From: Longimicrobiales bacterium
Lineage (GTDB): Bacteria > Gemmatimonadota > Gemmatimonadetes > Longimicrobiales > Gaopeijiaceae
DNA: 64,000 bases
NCBI GenBank assembly: GCA_963664435.2
Contig: CAXXKM010000002.1
Span: forward strand, 128,001-192,000
Reading direction: 5' to 3'
Within the stretch, counting starts at the first letter, position 1, and every line of letters starts with the position of its first letter. The translations under genes were made by a program, and so were the position numbers. The notes beneath the pieces are model-generated. The model had not been told where the DNA came from. It did no database searches and saw nothing but the letters and a program-made list of their open reading frames with translations. Shown in pieces: positions 39,566 through 50,460 of this stretch.

Positions 39566-40165
39566 GTGGATCGTCCATCGAGGTTGCTGGGCGTAGTGCC
39601 AGCCTGCGGACTGTCCACCCGCATGGGAAGCGCCAAGGCGCTTCTCGATGCGGGTGGACAGTCCTTTTTGGTGCGTGTCGTGTCCGCCCTGACGGCGGGC
39701 GGGTGCAGCCCGGTCGTGGTGGTGGCCAGGGAGGTGGCCGGCGCCGTGGCGGCGGAAGCGGAAGCGGCCGGCGCCGTGGCGGCGGCCAACCCCGACCCCG
39801 ACGAAGGACCCATCTCGTCCATCCGGCTCGCGCTGGCGGGGTGGGGCGCCGGGATGGACGGATGCGCCATCTGCCCGGTCGATCATCCGCTGGTGACCGG
39901 CGCCACGGTGCGGTCGCTGGCGGCCTGCTTCGATGAGGGGTCGGCCGACATCGTCATCCCGACCTGGCGTGGACGGCGCGGCCACCCGTCCATCTTCCAC
40001 CGCCGCCTGTTCCCCGAACTTCTCGACCCCGACCTTCCCGAGGGAGCCCGCACGGTGGTGCGGCGGCACCCCACCCGCGTCCGCGAGTGCGTGGTGGACG
40101 ACGCGGGCGTGATCGCCGACATCGACACGCCCTCCGAGTACCGCCGCCACTTCCAGGTGGCGTGA
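39566..40165 (+). CDS. MocA-like molybdenum cofactor cytidylyltransferase / NTP_transf_3
   Basis: ACGLSTRMG.KALL, PVDHP, GRRGHP, DIDTP. Confidence 0.85.
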   Translation: MDRPSRLLGVVPACGLSTRMGSAKALLDAGGQSFLVRVVSALTAGGCSPVVVVAREVAGAVAAEAEAAGAVAAANPDPDEGPISSIRLALAGWGAGMDGCAICPVDHPLVTGATVRSLAACFDEGSADIVIPTWRGRRGHPSIFHRRLFPELLDPDLPEGARTVVRRHPTRVRECVVDDAGVIADIDTPSEYRRHFQVA

Positions 40166-40167
40166 CC

Positions 40168-41118
40168 ATGCCCGACCTGCCAGGATCCGCCGACGCGCCC
40201 TCCGGGTCGCCCGTCGACATCCGGGGCGCTCCCGGCGACCGCGCCGTGCCGCCCCAGCCGGTCGAGCCGGACCTGCCGGGGCCCGACGCGGCGGCCGCGG
40301 CCGGCCGCATCCTCGAGTCGCTGCGCGGGTCGCGGGGCACGGTCGAGCTGCTGGTGGTCTCGGACAGCGACGGGCGGGCGGCGGGCGCCCGCATGCTGGT
40401 GCGCCCGGACGCGGTCGAGGGGTCGCTCGGCGATCCCGAACTGGACGCGGCCGCGCTGGCCGTCGCGACCCGCGAACGGCTGGCGCGCGGGCACGGCGGA
40501 TCCCTCCACAACCTGCAGACGCCGGCGGGCCGGCGTCTGCAGGTGTACGCGGAGGGTCACCGTCCCCGCCAGGAGCTCATCGTGGTGGGCGCGGGACACA
40601 TCGCCCAGCCGCTCGCAACCCTGGGCACCCTCCTGGACTTCGAGGTCGCCGTGCTCGACGACCGCCCCGAGTTCGCCACCCGCGAGCGGTTTCCGGAGGC
40701 CGCCGCCGTGCGCACCATCGACTTCGACGATCCCCTCTCCGGCGTCGACATCCACGCCGGTTGCCATTTCGTGCTGGTGACGCGCGGGCACAAGTACGAC
40801 TACGAGTGCCTGCGCCGCCTGCTGGCGCGCCACGGCGACGCGAAACCGGCCTACATCGGCATGATCGGCAGCCGCCGCCGCGTGCGCGCCACCTTCGTGC
40901 AGCTCGAGGCGGAGGGCATCCCCCACGAGGTAATCGCTCGCGTGCGGGCTCCGGTGGGCCTGGACATCGGCGCGCAGACGCCGGCCGAGATCGCGGTGAG
41001 CGTCCTGGGGGAGATGATCCTCGAGCGGCGCGGCGGGACGGGAGCGCCGTTGCGAGGCCGGGAGCGCATCGTCGAGCGCTTCCTGGTGAAGAAACCGCCC
41101 ACAGGGAGCGTCAAATGA
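40168..41118 (+). CDS. XdhC-family protein (second CoxI-like domain plus Rossmann C domain)
   Basis: GSLGD, VVGAGHIA, DDRPEFA, TRGHKYD, YIGMIGSRRR, PVGLDIGAQTPAEIAVS. Confidence 0.9.
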   Translation: MPDLPGSADAPSGSPVDIRGAPGDRAVPPQPVEPDLPGPDAAAAAGRILESLRGSRGTVELLVVSDSDGRAAGARMLVRPDAVEGSLGDPELDAAALAVATRERLARGHGGSLHNLQTPAGRRLQVYAEGHRPRQELIVVGAGHIAQPLATLGTLLDFEVAVLDDRPEFATRERFPEAAAVRTIDFDDPLSGVDIHAGCHFVLVTRGHKYDYECLRRLLARHGDAKPAYIGMIGSRRRVRATFVQLEAEGIPHEVIARVRAPVGLDIGAQTPAEIAVSVLGEMILERRGGTGAPLRGRERIVERFLVKKPPTGSVK

Positions 41119-41537
41119 GTGCACCGGGCGACCAGGACGTGTACGAAGCCGTTCTCGCGACAGTGCGGGCGGGCCGGCGGGCGGCGCTCGCGACCATCGT
41201 CTCCACGCGCGGATCGACGCCGCGCAAGGCCGGATCGCGCATGCTGGTGGACCCGGAGACCGGGCTGGTGGGCACGGTCGGCGGCGGGTGCGGGGAGGCG
41301 GAGGTCATCGAGGCGGCGCAAGAGGTGATCGAGGACGGCGTGCCGCGCCTGGTGAAGGTCGACCTGACCGAGGACCTGCTGGGATGGAGCCCGGCGGTAT
41401 GCGGCGGCATCATGGACATCTTCGTGGAGCGGGTCTGGCCGGCAAGCGCGCCGTCCGCGTCCGCCCCGAGGGAATCCGTCCACACCGTCTTGGCAGATCC
41501 CGACGCGGATGCGGACGCAGGCGACACGCCCTCATGA
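41115..41537 (+). CDS. Stand-alone XdhC/CoxI N-terminal domain protein
   Basis: LATIVSTRGSTPRKAGSRM, GTVGGGCGE, CGG. Confidence 0.88.
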   Translation: MSAPGDQDVYEAVLATVRAGRRAALATIVSTRGSTPRKAGSRMLVDPETGLVGTVGGGCGEAEVIEAAQEVIEDGVPRLVKVDLTEDLLGWSPAVCGGIMDIFVERVWPASAPSASAPRESVHTVLADPDADADAGDTPS

Positions 41538-42100
41538 CCGCGGAGCCGGACCCTCCCCTTCCCCGCGTCACCATCCACTATCTCCGGCCCCCGGATCACC
41601 TGCAGACCTTCCGCCAGCCGATCATCCATCAGAGCCCGGAGGCGATCGTCACCTTCTCGCGCAGCATCCGCGTCCCCTCGCCGATGGAGCTGGACGGCAA
41701 AGTCGCGCTCGAGACGGGATCCGACATCGTCTGGTTCACCTTCCCGGGCCTCTGGCACGACATCGGCCGCTTCCACGATGCCCGGGGCGCGTTCACCGGC
41801 TTCTACGCCAACCTGCTCACGCCCGTGGAGATGCTGCCCGGAAACATCTGGCGCACCACCGATCTCTTTCTCGACGTGTGGCTGAAGCCGGGGCGGGCGC
41901 CGAGGCTCCTCGACGAGGACGAACTTCAGGCCGCGCTGGACGCGGATGCGCTGGAGTCAGGGACGGCGCGGCGCGCCCGGGAGGAAGCGGACGGTATCCT
42001 GGAACGCGCGGGTGCCGGGGCGTGGCCCCCTCCGGTCGTGCACGAATGGACGCGGGAGCGGGCGCTCGCGGTGCTGGACGAAATGGGCAACTCGGAATGA
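41534..42100 (+). CDS. DUF402-domain protein
   Basis: GFYANLLTP, TTDLFLDVW, LLDEDEL. Confidence 0.82.
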   Translation: MTAEPDPPLPRVTIHYLRPPDHLQTFRQPIIHQSPEAIVTFSRSIRVPSPMELDGKVALETGSDIVWFTFPGLWHDIGRFHDARGAFTGFYANLLTPVEMLPGNIWRTTDLFLDVWLKPGRAPRLLDEDELQAALDADALESGTARRAREEADGILERAGAGAWPPPVVHEWTRERALAVLDEMGNSE

Positions 42101-42112
42101 CCCAACATCGTC

Positions 42113-42322
42113 CTATGCTCCGCCGTCTTCCACTCGGTACGCGGCGCACAGCCGCTTGAGGTCCACGTAGAGGTCGCCGAGCACCTGCGGGTCTTCCCGG
42201 AGGCAATCGATCAGGCGTTCGCTGGAGTCCAGGCCGGCGCTGGGAAGCCGGACGTCCTCGTGGTGATAGACTCCTCTGTCGACGAAGACCAGGCGCACCG
42301 TGGCCGTATCGCCTGCGCTCAT
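42113..42322 (-). CDS. Small hypothetical protein
   Basis: 69-aa ORF with GGAG RBS, coupled to the upstream dsbA-like stop. Confidence 0.65.
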   Translation of the reverse strand: MSAGDTATVRLVFVDRGVYHHEDVRLPSAGLDSSERLIDCLREDPQVLGDLYVDLKRLCAAYRVEDGGA

Positions 42323-43062
42323 GGCTCTCCTTCCGTCAACTGCTCGACCGCGTCCTCGATGGTGACGTAGTCGTTGCCGGGAAGCCTTCTCGCGGCTCCG
42401 CTGCCGCGGCTGACCAGAACGCTCGGGGTGCTGGTAAGGCTGAGCGCGGAGGCGAGACGCAGGTTCGCCGATACCCGGCGGGCGTGCCGGTCGGAGTTGA
42501 GGCAGTCGCGGAAGGCGCCTTCGTCCATCCCCAGGGCGCGCGCGTAGCCAACGAAGTTGCCGACCGGATCGCCGGATGAAGCCCAGGAGAACTGGTTTTC
42601 AAAGAGCGTGGTGTGGTAATCCCAGAACCGGTCCTGGTCGCCGGCGCAGTGAGAGGCCCGCGAAGCCAGAAACGAGTTGGAGTGCTGAGCAAGCGGCAGG
42701 TCGTAGAAGACGAACTTCGCCCGCCCCGTGTTGACCAGGTTCAATTCGATGAGGGGCTTGACGCCCGAGGCGAACATGGCGCAGCCCGGACACTGATAGT
42801 CCCCGAACTCCACGACCGAGATGGGCGCGTCGGGGTCTCCCAGTTCGCTGCCGTGCGCGAGATTGACGAGCTCCTCGTCGGAGAGGTCGCCCAGGTCCAC
42901 GGGCTCGGTGACGGCGTTGCTGAACACCGTCGAGCCGGTCGTGTACACGGCTGCCACCACTCCGATGAGCACCACTCCACCGAGAATGAGGTAGAGGCGT
43001 TTGACGCCGCCGCTCGCGGGCTTCTGCCTCTTTTCCTTTCGCTGCTGCGCTCTGCTGGACAT
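42319..43062 (-). CDS. DsbA/BdbD-like thioredoxin-fold oxidoreductase
   Basis: N-terminal TM; EFGDYQCPGC; cis-Pro STP. Confidence 0.9.
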   Translation of the reverse strand: MSSRAQQRKEKRQKPASGGVKRLYLILGGVVLIGVVAAVYTTGSTVFSNAVTEPVDLGDLSDEELVNLAHGSELGDPDAPISVVEFGDYQCPGCAMFASGVKPLIELNLVNTGRAKFVFYDLPLAQHSNSFLASRASHCAGDQDRFWDYHTTLFENQFSWASSGDPVGNFVGYARALGMDEGAFRDCLNSDRHARRVSANLRLASALSLTSTPSVLVSRGSGAARRLPGNDYVTIEDAVEQLTEGEP

Positions 43063-43220
43063 CTCTGCACTCCGTCGCCGGTCGTTGTCGATAAACCACG
43101 CGCGTCTGTTCGCGTGATGGGGTGGCGGGCGCGACAGGCGCCCCGCACCTCCGGCCGCAGGCTAAACTTGGCGCGTCGGCGAACCCGCGCACAAGATGGG
43201 CGCCCCGCGCCGGACCCCTG

Positions 43221-43907
43221 TTACGCCATGAGCACGTCGACCACGTCCCGGGTGCGGGTCAGGTCGCGCGCGACGTGGTCCGCGCCGGTGGCCTCGAGTT
43301 CCGCCGCGCTGAAATGCCCGGTGGCCACGGCGAAGGTGCGCGCCCCGAAGTGCCGGCCGCATTCCACGTCGAGCGGGGTGTCCCCCACGACCACCACCGA
43401 CTCGGGAGGGAAGCGCACCCCCCACACCTGCTCCGCCCGCCCGACCGCGATGGCGGGCAGGTGGTTGCGGCTTTCCCGGTCGCAGCCGAAGCCGCCCGCC
43501 GGGAACGCATCCGCCGCCAGTCCGGCCGAACCCAGCTTGAGGCGCGCGCCCTCGCGGATGTTGCCGGTGACCAGGCCCATGGCGACCTCCGCGCAATCCT
43601 CCAGCGCCGCCAGAAGTTCGCGCACGCCCGCCAGGGCGGTGACCGGCTTCGCCGGCAGGCGCCGCTCGAGTTCACGCGGGTAGAGCGTCCACATTCGGGG
43701 CAGTCCCTCGTCGATGCGGGCGTCGTCCAGTCCGGCCTTGCGCAGGAGTTCGCGCGCGATCTGCGGGTCGGTCCTGCCCGCGAAGGACACCAGGTGCAGC
43801 GGGCCGGTGGTGCCGTACACCTCCATCAGCGCCGCGGTAAACGCCTCCTTGGCCGGGCCGCCCCACACCAGGGTGCCGTCGATATCGAAGAGGATGAGGC
43901 GCTTCAC
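43221..43907 (-). CDS. HAD-superfamily hydrolase
   Basis: LFDIDGTL, VTGN, K, VVGDTPLD; start GTG 43907. Confidence 0.9.
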   Translation of the reverse strand: MKRLILFDIDGTLVWGGPAKEAFTAALMEVYGTTGPLHLVSFAGRTDPQIARELLRKAGLDDARIDEGLPRMWTLYPRELERRLPAKPVTALAGVRELLAALEDCAEVAMGLVTGNIREGARLKLGSAGLAADAFPAGGFGCDRESRNHLPAIAVGRAEQVWGVRFPPESVVVVGDTPLDVECGRHFGARTFAVATGHFSAAELEATGADHVARDLTRTRDVVDVLMA

Positions 43908-43948
43908 GACAGCTTGGGCCGGGAGGGAACCAGGTTCATTCAGCTTGG

Positions 43949-44923
43949 TCAGGCTGCCGTTCCCGCCGACGCATCCGCGCGCGCCACCAGGGCGGCGACG
44001 TCGGCGTTGCCGCCGCTGATCACGGCCGCGACCCGGTCGCCGAAGTCGGCGGCCCCCGACCGCAGCGCCGCAACCGTGGCCGCCCCCGAGAACTCCGCGA
44101 CCAGCCTGGCGCGCTCCAGCAGGAAGACGGCCGCCTCGCGGATGGCGGCGTCGGACACGAGCACCACGTCGTCCACGAGGTCGCGCACGAGGGCGTAGGT
44201 GAGGTCGCCCACCTGCACCGGCGCCAGCCCGTCGGCGATGGTGTCGATGCGGTCGATGCGCACCACCCGGCCCGCGTCCAGCGCGGCCCGCATCGACGGC
44301 GCTCCCTCGGGCTCCACCCCGATGATGCGCACGTCGGGGCGCAGGGCCCGCAGCGCCAGCGCCGTTCCCGCCGCCAGCCCGCCGCCCCCGATGGGAACGA
44401 CCGCGGTGTCCACGTCGGGCCAGTCCGCGGCGATCTCCAGGCCCACCGTGCCCTGGCCCGAGACGATGTCCGGGTGGTCGAAGGGCGGGACGATGACCAG
44501 CCCCTCGGCGGCGGCGATCTCCTCCGCCCGCGCGCGGCGCTCCACCGAGGTGGTGCCCTCGAACACGACCTCGGCCCCGAGCCGGGCCGCGCCCCGATGC
44601 TTCACGGCCGGCGCCGTGGTCGGCATGACCACCACTGCGCGAACCCCGCGGATGCGGGCCGCCAGCGCCACCCCCTGGGCGTGGTTGCCCGAGGAGTAGG
44701 TGACCACCCCGCGCGCCACATCCTCGTCGGAGAGCTGCGCGATGAAGTTGTAGCTCCCGCGCAGCTTGAAAGCGCCGCAGCGCTGGAGCGACTCGCACTT
44801 CAGGCGCACGCTCGCGCCCACCTCTTCGGAAAGTTCGGGGGACCAGAGCAGCGGCGTGCGCACCGCAACGCCTTCCAGGCGCGCCGCCGCCGCACGTACG
44901 CTTTCGAGCGATGGAGCCGTCAC
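43949..44923 (-). CDS. PLP-dependent threonine/serine dehydratase (or racemase)
   Basis: [34 protein letters not shown]. Confidence 0.92.
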   Translation of the reverse strand: MTAPSLESVRAAAARLEGVAVRTPLLWSPELSEEVGASVRLKCESLQRCGAFKLRGSYNFIAQLSDEDVARGVVTYSSGNHAQGVALAARIRGVRAVVVMPTTAPAVKHRGAARLGAEVVFEGTTSVERRARAEEIAAAEGLVIVPPFDHPDIVSGQGTVGLEIAADWPDVDTAVVPIGGGGLAAGTALALRALRPDVRIIGVEPEGAPSMRAALDAGRVVRIDRIDTIADGLAPVQVGDLTYALVRDLVDDVVLVSDAAIREAAVFLLERARLVAEFSGAATVAALRSGAADFGDRVAAVISGGNADVAALVARADASAGTAA

Positions 44924-47532
44924 CCGGTACCCTCCCGGTCGGCTCCGGCCACCACCTCCCGTTCAGCCGGGACACCGTCGTCTTCGGCCTCGACCACGGC
45001 CTCCTCTCCGTTGTCGCCCATCACCCGCGCCAGATCCACCAGCTCGTCGTTCTTGTCCAGGTTGAGCAGGCGCACGCCCTGCGTCGCCCGGCCGATCACG
45101 CGGATCTCCTCCACCCGCTGCCGGTTCACCACGCCGTTGCGCGTGATCAGCATGAGCTCGTCGGACGGGTGCACGGCCTTCACCGCCACCACCGGACCGG
45201 TCTTTCCGGTCGTCTTCATGTTGATGACCCCGAATCCCCCGCGCCGCTGCAGCCGATACTCGTCGACCGCCGACCGCTTGCCCATGCCGCCCCGGGTGGC
45301 CACCAGGATCGACGAGTCCTCGGAGGGGACCATCATGCCCACGACTTCATCGCCTTTGCGCAGGCGAATGCCGGAAACCCCGCGCGCCACCCGACCCATC
45401 GGGCGAACATCCGATTCATTGAAGCGGATGGCCTTGCCCGCGCGCGTGCCCAGGAGAACCTCGCTTGCGCCGTCCGTGATCTGAACGTCGATCAGCTCGT
45501 CGTCCTCATCGATCCGAATGGCGTGGATGCCCACCATGCGGACGTTGCCGTACGCCGACAGCGGGGTCTTCTTGACGATGCCCTTGCGGGTGCAGAACAG
45601 CAGGTAGCAGTCCGGCGCGAAGGTGCGCACCGGCACGAACGCCGCGATCCCGTCCTTCGGGTCGATGTTGCGCAGATTCACCACCGGCTTCCCGCGCGAG
45701 TAGCGTCCCGCGTCGGGCGCCTCCCAGACCTTGATCCAGTGGCACTTCCCCGACCGGGTGAAGATCATCAGGTAGTCGTGGGTGGAGGCCACGAAGAGGT
45801 GCCCGACCTCGTCCTCGTCCTTGGTGGCCATGCCCTTTAGCCCGCGTCCGCCGCGCCGCTGCGCGCGATACGTGGTCAGCGGGATGCGCTTCAGGTAGCC
45901 CTGCCGGCTGACGGTGAGCACGACCTCCTCGTCCTTGATGAGGTCCTCCATCTCCAGGTCCGCCACGCCGGTGAGGATCTCGGTCCTTCTTTCGTCCCCG
46001 AACCGCTTCGCGACTTCCCGGAGCTCCTCGACGATGATCTGCATGCGCCTGGGTCTGCTGGAGAGGATTTCATCCAGCTCCGCGATGACGGCGCGCACCT
46101 CGGTCAGTTCGCCCTCCAGCTTGTCGATCTCGAGGCCGGTGAGACGGGCCAGACGCATGTTGAGGATGGCCTCGGCCTGACGCTCGGTGAGGCGGGCGGA
46201 GGGTGCGTCGCCGGCCTCCTCCTCCAGCAGCCGGGCATCCTCGGCCAAGTCGGCGCGCCGGGCCAGCTCCTTCGCGTCCACCGGGAACGTCTCCGCCCTC
46301 AGGCGCGCCATCGCAGTGGCGGTATCGGGCGAGGAGCGGATGATGGCGATCACCCGGTCGATGTTGTCGACGGCGATCTTGAGCCCCTCGAGGATATGCT
46401 CGCGCGCCCTCGCCTTCGCGAGCCTGAACTCGCTTCGCCGCACCACCACGTCGTGCCGGTGGTCCACGAAGTGGAAGAGGATTTCGCGCAGTCCCATGAC
46501 CCGGGGCACGCCGTTCACCAGCGCGAGCAGGATGGTGCCGAAGGTCGCCTGCATCTGGGTGTGCTTGTAGAGCAGGTTGAGCACCACCTGGGGGACCGTG
46601 GCGCGCTTCAGCTCGATCACGATGCGCATGCCGTCGCGGTCCGACTCGTCGCGCAGCGCCGACACCTGGGTGAGCTTCTTCTCGCGCACCATCTGGGCGA
46701 TCTGCTCGATCAGGCGGGTCTTGTTGACCATGAAGGGGATCTCGCGCACGACGATGCGGGCGTTGCCGCGCGTGCTTGCCTCGTCCACGTCGGCGCGGGC
46801 GCGCATCACGATGCGGCCGCGGCCGGTGCGGTAGGCGTCCCGGATGCCGCGGCGGCCGCAGATGAAGGCCCCGGTCGGGAAGTCCGGCCCGGTGACGATG
46901 CTCTCCAGCGTCTCCTGCGGAAGATCCGGATTCTCGATCAGGGCGATGGTGGCGTCCACCACCTCGCGCAGGTTGTGGGGCGGAATGTTGGTGGCCATTC
47001 CCACCGCGATGCCCGAGCTGCCGTTGACGAGCAGGTTGGGCGCGCGCGCGGGAAGCACCGTGGGCTCGTCGATGCGGCCGTCGAAATTGGGGATGAAGTC
47101 AACGGTCTCTTCATCGATGTCGGTGAGCAGCTGGGTCGCCAGCGGGGTGAGCCGGGCCTCGGTATACCGGTAGGCCGCGGGGGAATCGCCATCGATGGAA
47201 CCGAAGTTGCCCTGGCCGTCCACCAGCGGGTAGCGCAGCGAGAAGTCCTGCACCATGCGCGCCATGGAATCGTAGACCGCCGAGTCGCCGTGCGGGTGGT
47301 ACTTGCCGAGCACCTCGCCGACGACGGTCGCGCTCTTCTTGTAGGGGCGTGTGGGGCCGAGCCCCAGCTCGCTCATGGCGTAGAGAATGCGACGGTGTAC
47401 GGGCTTCAGGCCGTCGCGAACGTCGGGGAGCGCGCGGCGCACGATGACGCTCATCGAGTAATCGATGAACGACTCCCGCATCTCGTCTTCAAGCAGCCGC
47501 GCGAGTATCCGTTCTCCTGGGGCCGATTCCAT
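44920..47532 (-). CDS. gyrA: DNA gyrase subunit A
   Basis: [26 protein letters not shown], GyrA-box QRRGGRG, pinwheel repeats. Confidence 0.97.
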   Translation of the reverse strand: MESAPGERILARLLEDEMRESFIDYSMSVIVRRALPDVRDGLKPVHRRILYAMSELGLGPTRPYKKSATVVGEVLGKYHPHGDSAVYDSMARMVQDFSLRYPLVDGQGNFGSIDGDSPAAYRYTEARLTPLATQLLTDIDEETVDFIPNFDGRIDEPTVLPARAPNLLVNGSSGIAVGMATNIPPHNLREVVDATIALIENPDLPQETLESIVTGPDFPTGAFICGRRGIRDAYRTGRGRIVMRARADVDEASTRGNARIVVREIPFMVNKTRLIEQIAQMVREKKLTQVSALRDESDRDGMRIVIELKRATVPQVVLNLLYKHTQMQATFGTILLALVNGVPRVMGLREILFHFVDHRHDVVVRRSEFRLAKARAREHILEGLKIAVDNIDRVIAIIRSSPDTATAMARLRAETFPVDAKELARRADLAEDARLLEEEAGDAPSARLTERQAEAILNMRLARLTGLEIDKLEGELTEVRAVIAELDEILSSRPRRMQIIVEELREVAKRFGDERRTEILTGVADLEMEDLIKDEEVVLTVSRQGYLKRIPLTTYRAQRRGGRGLKGMATKDEDEVGHLFVASTHDYLMIFTRSGKCHWIKVWEAPDAGRYSRGKPVVNLRNIDPKDGIAAFVPVRTFAPDCYLLFCTRKGIVKKTPLSAYGNVRMVGIHAIRIDEDDELIDVQITDGASEVLLGTRAGKAIRFNESDVRPMGRVARGVSGIRLRKGDEVVGMMVPSEDSSILVATRGGMGKRSAVDEYRLQRRGGFGVINMKTTGKTGPVVAVKAVHPSDELMLITRNGVVNRQRVEEIRVIGRATQGVRLLNLDKNDELVDLARVMGDNGEEAVVEAEDDGVPAEREVVAGADREGTG

Positions 47533-47740
47533 GCAGATTCCTCGTGGGGTTTACGCTCGTGTGGGATTGGGAAGGAGGGAAGGGAGGACGGCTGTCACCG
47601 GTGGCGGGTCGTCGGCGAGGGATGGCTTCGGACAGACCCGCGTCCGCGACTTCCTGATGCGGACAGCAGAAATGCGCTACCGGCCGCCACCGCCTTCATC
47701 CGCGACGAGGACGGGACGAAACAAACTCTCGTGTTGGGCC

Positions 47741-48097
47741 TCAGGTGCCCGGGGCCGGATAGTAGATGGCGAGCGCGTGGCCGATGAGTCCCTGGTTGCG
47801 GCCGATGTCGGCGGTCGCCTGGCTGCGCGTGGTGTCCTCGATGCGCTCGAAGATGATGGCATCCGCGCCCAGCGCCGCGGCTTCGGTGCGGAGCAGAAGC
47901 AGGATGTCTTGGTTCGATGTGCCCAGGGGGGCGCGGGCGGTTATGGGACCGATCGTCCGGTACCCGTCGCGGGCGGCCTGACCCATCGTGGGAATGATGA
48001 CTTCAACTTCTTCCGGACCCGCCTTGGGGGGCAGCTGCACGCCGGCGCACGCCGCCAGAACTCCGGAGAAAGCGAGAATGGCGAGAACTTTCCTCAT
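47741..48097 (-). CDS. Small lipoprotein (YbjQ/dodecin-like AAALGADAII motif)
   Basis: Lipobox LAAC; LRTEAAALGADAII. Confidence 0.65.
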   Translation of the reverse strand: MRKVLAILAFSGVLAACAGVQLPPKAGPEEVEVIIPTMGQAARDGYRTIGPITARAPLGTSNQDILLLLRTEAAALGADAIIFERIEDTTRSQATADIGRNQGLIGHALAIYYPAPGT

Positions 48098-48327
48098 CCC
48101 CTTCTCCTCGTGAGATGAAACCAATTGGGGCCGATTCCTCGGCGGTCCTGCGGAACCCCTTAAACTAACGGAATGGGTAGGGGAGAGCTACGTTTGCGGC
48201 ACCTCGATCACGCCCCTTTCAACAGGTCGCCAGGGACAGAACCGACCCGGGACTTCCGGCCGCCGGCAACAGGCTGCCGGGTGCCTTCGGCGAAGGGCCG
48301 ACCAGGTGAAGCGTCGTCCGTTCGCGC

Positions 48328-50460
48328 CTATCCGCCGGGGATCTCGGTCAGCTCCACGACGACCGGGGATCCCGTCGATTCGACCCGAACCAGCACATGA
48401 GGCCGCGCGGCGGTAAAGTACGCGCGCTGGTTGCCCTCCCCGCCGCTGAAGCTGACCTCGATGACCTCGAATGTCCCGCCCGGAACCGTGATCTCGGTGC
48501 TGCCCCGGACCCGAAGGGTCACCGTGCGCGCCCGGCCGCTCTGGGGCTGGACGACCGGATAGCGAAGTTCCAGCCCTTCCTCCAGCTCCGAAATCCACGC
48601 CACCAGCTCATACATCTCCCCCAGCAGAGCCCCGCGCACCACTTCACGTTCGATCTCGGTCGCTTCCCGGCCGGTCGCGGCCGCGCGGCCGCTGACGCGC
48701 TCGCCATCCATCTCCAGCTCCCAGCTCGCCTGCCCCTCCGCGGTAACCAGCCGGAAGGTATTGGCGATCGGCCGGAAGCTGCGCGGTGAAAAGAACACCT
48801 CCGATACCTGGGTGATGTTGTTGGCGCGCACCGTGCTGCTGAGAGACATTGCGCGCTCGTCGTTGCGGGTGGCGAAGCCCAGCACCCGCTCCATGTCCGC
48901 GACCTTGCGATTCTGCACCATCAACTGGTAGCGCCAGATGCCGGGCTCGAGCACCGAGGGGTCGTAGGCGATGTCGGAGTCCCTTACCTCCACGTCGTCG
49001 ATGGTGAGCTGGTTGCCTTCTGCGTCGACCATGCGCACGCGGCCGAAGCGGGTGAGGTTCGAACGGACCTGCGTGGCGTCGCCGACCACCACGACCACGG
49101 CCTGTTCCGGATCGAAGTGCTCCATCAGAGCGCCCTGGATGTCCTCCGGCGCGACCGCGGCGACCCGGTCGCGGTACGACTCCAGCTCCTCGGTGGAGCG
49201 GCCCCGCAACCGATAGGTGGCGACCTGGTTGGCGATCGCCTGGGGCGTCTCGATGGTCCGCGGGAACGACCCGATGAGGTAGTCCTGGACATCCGTCAAT
49301 TCATCGGCGGGAACCGGCTCGGATCGAATGAGGTCGACCTGGTTGAGCAGCTCCGCGAGGGCGCTGTCGGTGACCTCGCTGCGCACCTCGGCGTTGGCGA
49401 GGAAATAGCCCAGATCCCGCTTGCGCACGGCGGACGTGTACGATCCGTACGTCCAGCCCCTGTCCTCGCGCAGCACCTGGAAGAGACGGCCGGTGCTGGA
49501 GCCGCCCAGTACGCGGCTGCCCAGGTTGAGCGGCATCCAGTCCTCGTGGTCGCCCTTCATGGCGGACTTCCCGACCAGGATGGTCGACTGTACCGATTCC
49601 GGCCGGTGCACCAGGATGATCTCCTTTTCCTCGCGCACAGGAATGTCGAAGTAGGTGGGCGGGCGCGAGGGACCGGGCTCCCAGTCGGCCAGCGCCTCGT
49701 TGAGGCGGGCTTCGATGTCGTCCACGGTCACGTCGCCCGCGACGACCACGAGCGAGTTGGTGGGTTTGTAGTGGCGCAGGTGGAAGGCGATCAGGTCGGA
49801 ACGCCGGATTCTCTCGATGCTCTCGGGCGTCGGGAGGAGGCCGTAGGGATGACGTCCATACACCGCCTGCTGGAACTCGCGGCTGGCCAGGAATCCGGGC
49901 GAGCCGAGCTGCACCTGCAGGCCCGTGACCGTCTGCTGGCGGTACAGGTCGATCTCTTCATCGGGGAAGCGCGGGTTGACGACGATGTCGCCCAGGAGCT
50001 CGAGGCCGGCGTCGAGCTGGGTCGTCACGACGCCGAGAACCACGTTCGTCCAGTCGTCTCCCGCGGCCGCGGACAGGTTCGCGCCGATATGGTCGGCGGC
50101 ATCCGCGATGTCCAGCGCGGTCCGGTTGTCCGTGCCCTTGTTGAGCAGGCTGGCCACCATCCCCGCCACGCCCGCGCGGTTGCGGGGATCGGCGGCGTTG
50201 CCCGCCCGCACCACGAGGTTGACGGTGACGTACGGCAGCTCGTCGTGGGGCACCACGATCAGGTCGGCCCCGTTGGACAGCAGCCGCTCCTCGAAGGCCG
50301 GAAACGGGATGTCGTCGAACGGCAGGGGCTCGGGAGGACCCTGCTGGGCGGCGACCGGGAAAGGGCTCGCCAGCATCAGCAGCGCCGGGACCAGCGCGCC
50401 GCGCCTCGTCCGATGAGCGCAAGACCTCGTCCGACCCGCGTTCAGGCGATGTGCGTTCAT
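48328..50460 (-). CDS. M16 peptidase non-catalytic subunit with an extra C-terminal domain of about 200 aa
   Basis: LSNG, RAG..ADP..RAGVA, HPYG, RLFQVLREDRGWTYG (R/Y pair); C-terminal ITVPGGTFE motif. Confidence 0.85.
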   Translation of the reverse strand: MNAHRLNAGRTRSCAHRTRRGALVPALLMLASPFPVAAQQGPPEPLPFDDIPFPAFEERLLSNGADLIVVPHDELPYVTVNLVVRAGNAADPRNRAGVAGMVASLLNKGTDNRTALDIADAADHIGANLSAAAGDDWTNVVLGVVTTQLDAGLELLGDIVVNPRFPDEEIDLYRQQTVTGLQVQLGSPGFLASREFQQAVYGRHPYGLLPTPESIERIRRSDLIAFHLRHYKPTNSLVVVAGDVTVDDIEARLNEALADWEPGPSRPPTYFDIPVREEKEIILVHRPESVQSTILVGKSAMKGDHEDWMPLNLGSRVLGGSSTGRLFQVLREDRGWTYGSYTSAVRKRDLGYFLANAEVRSEVTDSALAELLNQVDLIRSEPVPADELTDVQDYLIGSFPRTIETPQAIANQVATYRLRGRSTEELESYRDRVAAVAPEDIQGALMEHFDPEQAVVVVVGDATQVRSNLTRFGRVRMVDAEGNQLTIDDVEVRDSDIAYDPSVLEPGIWRYQLMVQNRKVADMERVLGFATRNDERAMSLSSTVRANNITQVSEVFFSPRSFRPIANTFRLVTAEGQASWELEMDGERVSGRAAATGREATEIEREVVRGALLGEMYELVAWISELEEGLELRYPVVQPQSGRARTVTLRVRGSTEITVPGGTFEVIEVSFSGGEGNQRAYFTAARPHVLVRVESTGSPVVVELTEIPGG

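Noticed and set aside
48100..48327. Intergenic stretch with small hairpins as a possible ncRNA or riboswitch
   Set aside because: No recognisable family motif; an Rfam/Infernal search would be needed.
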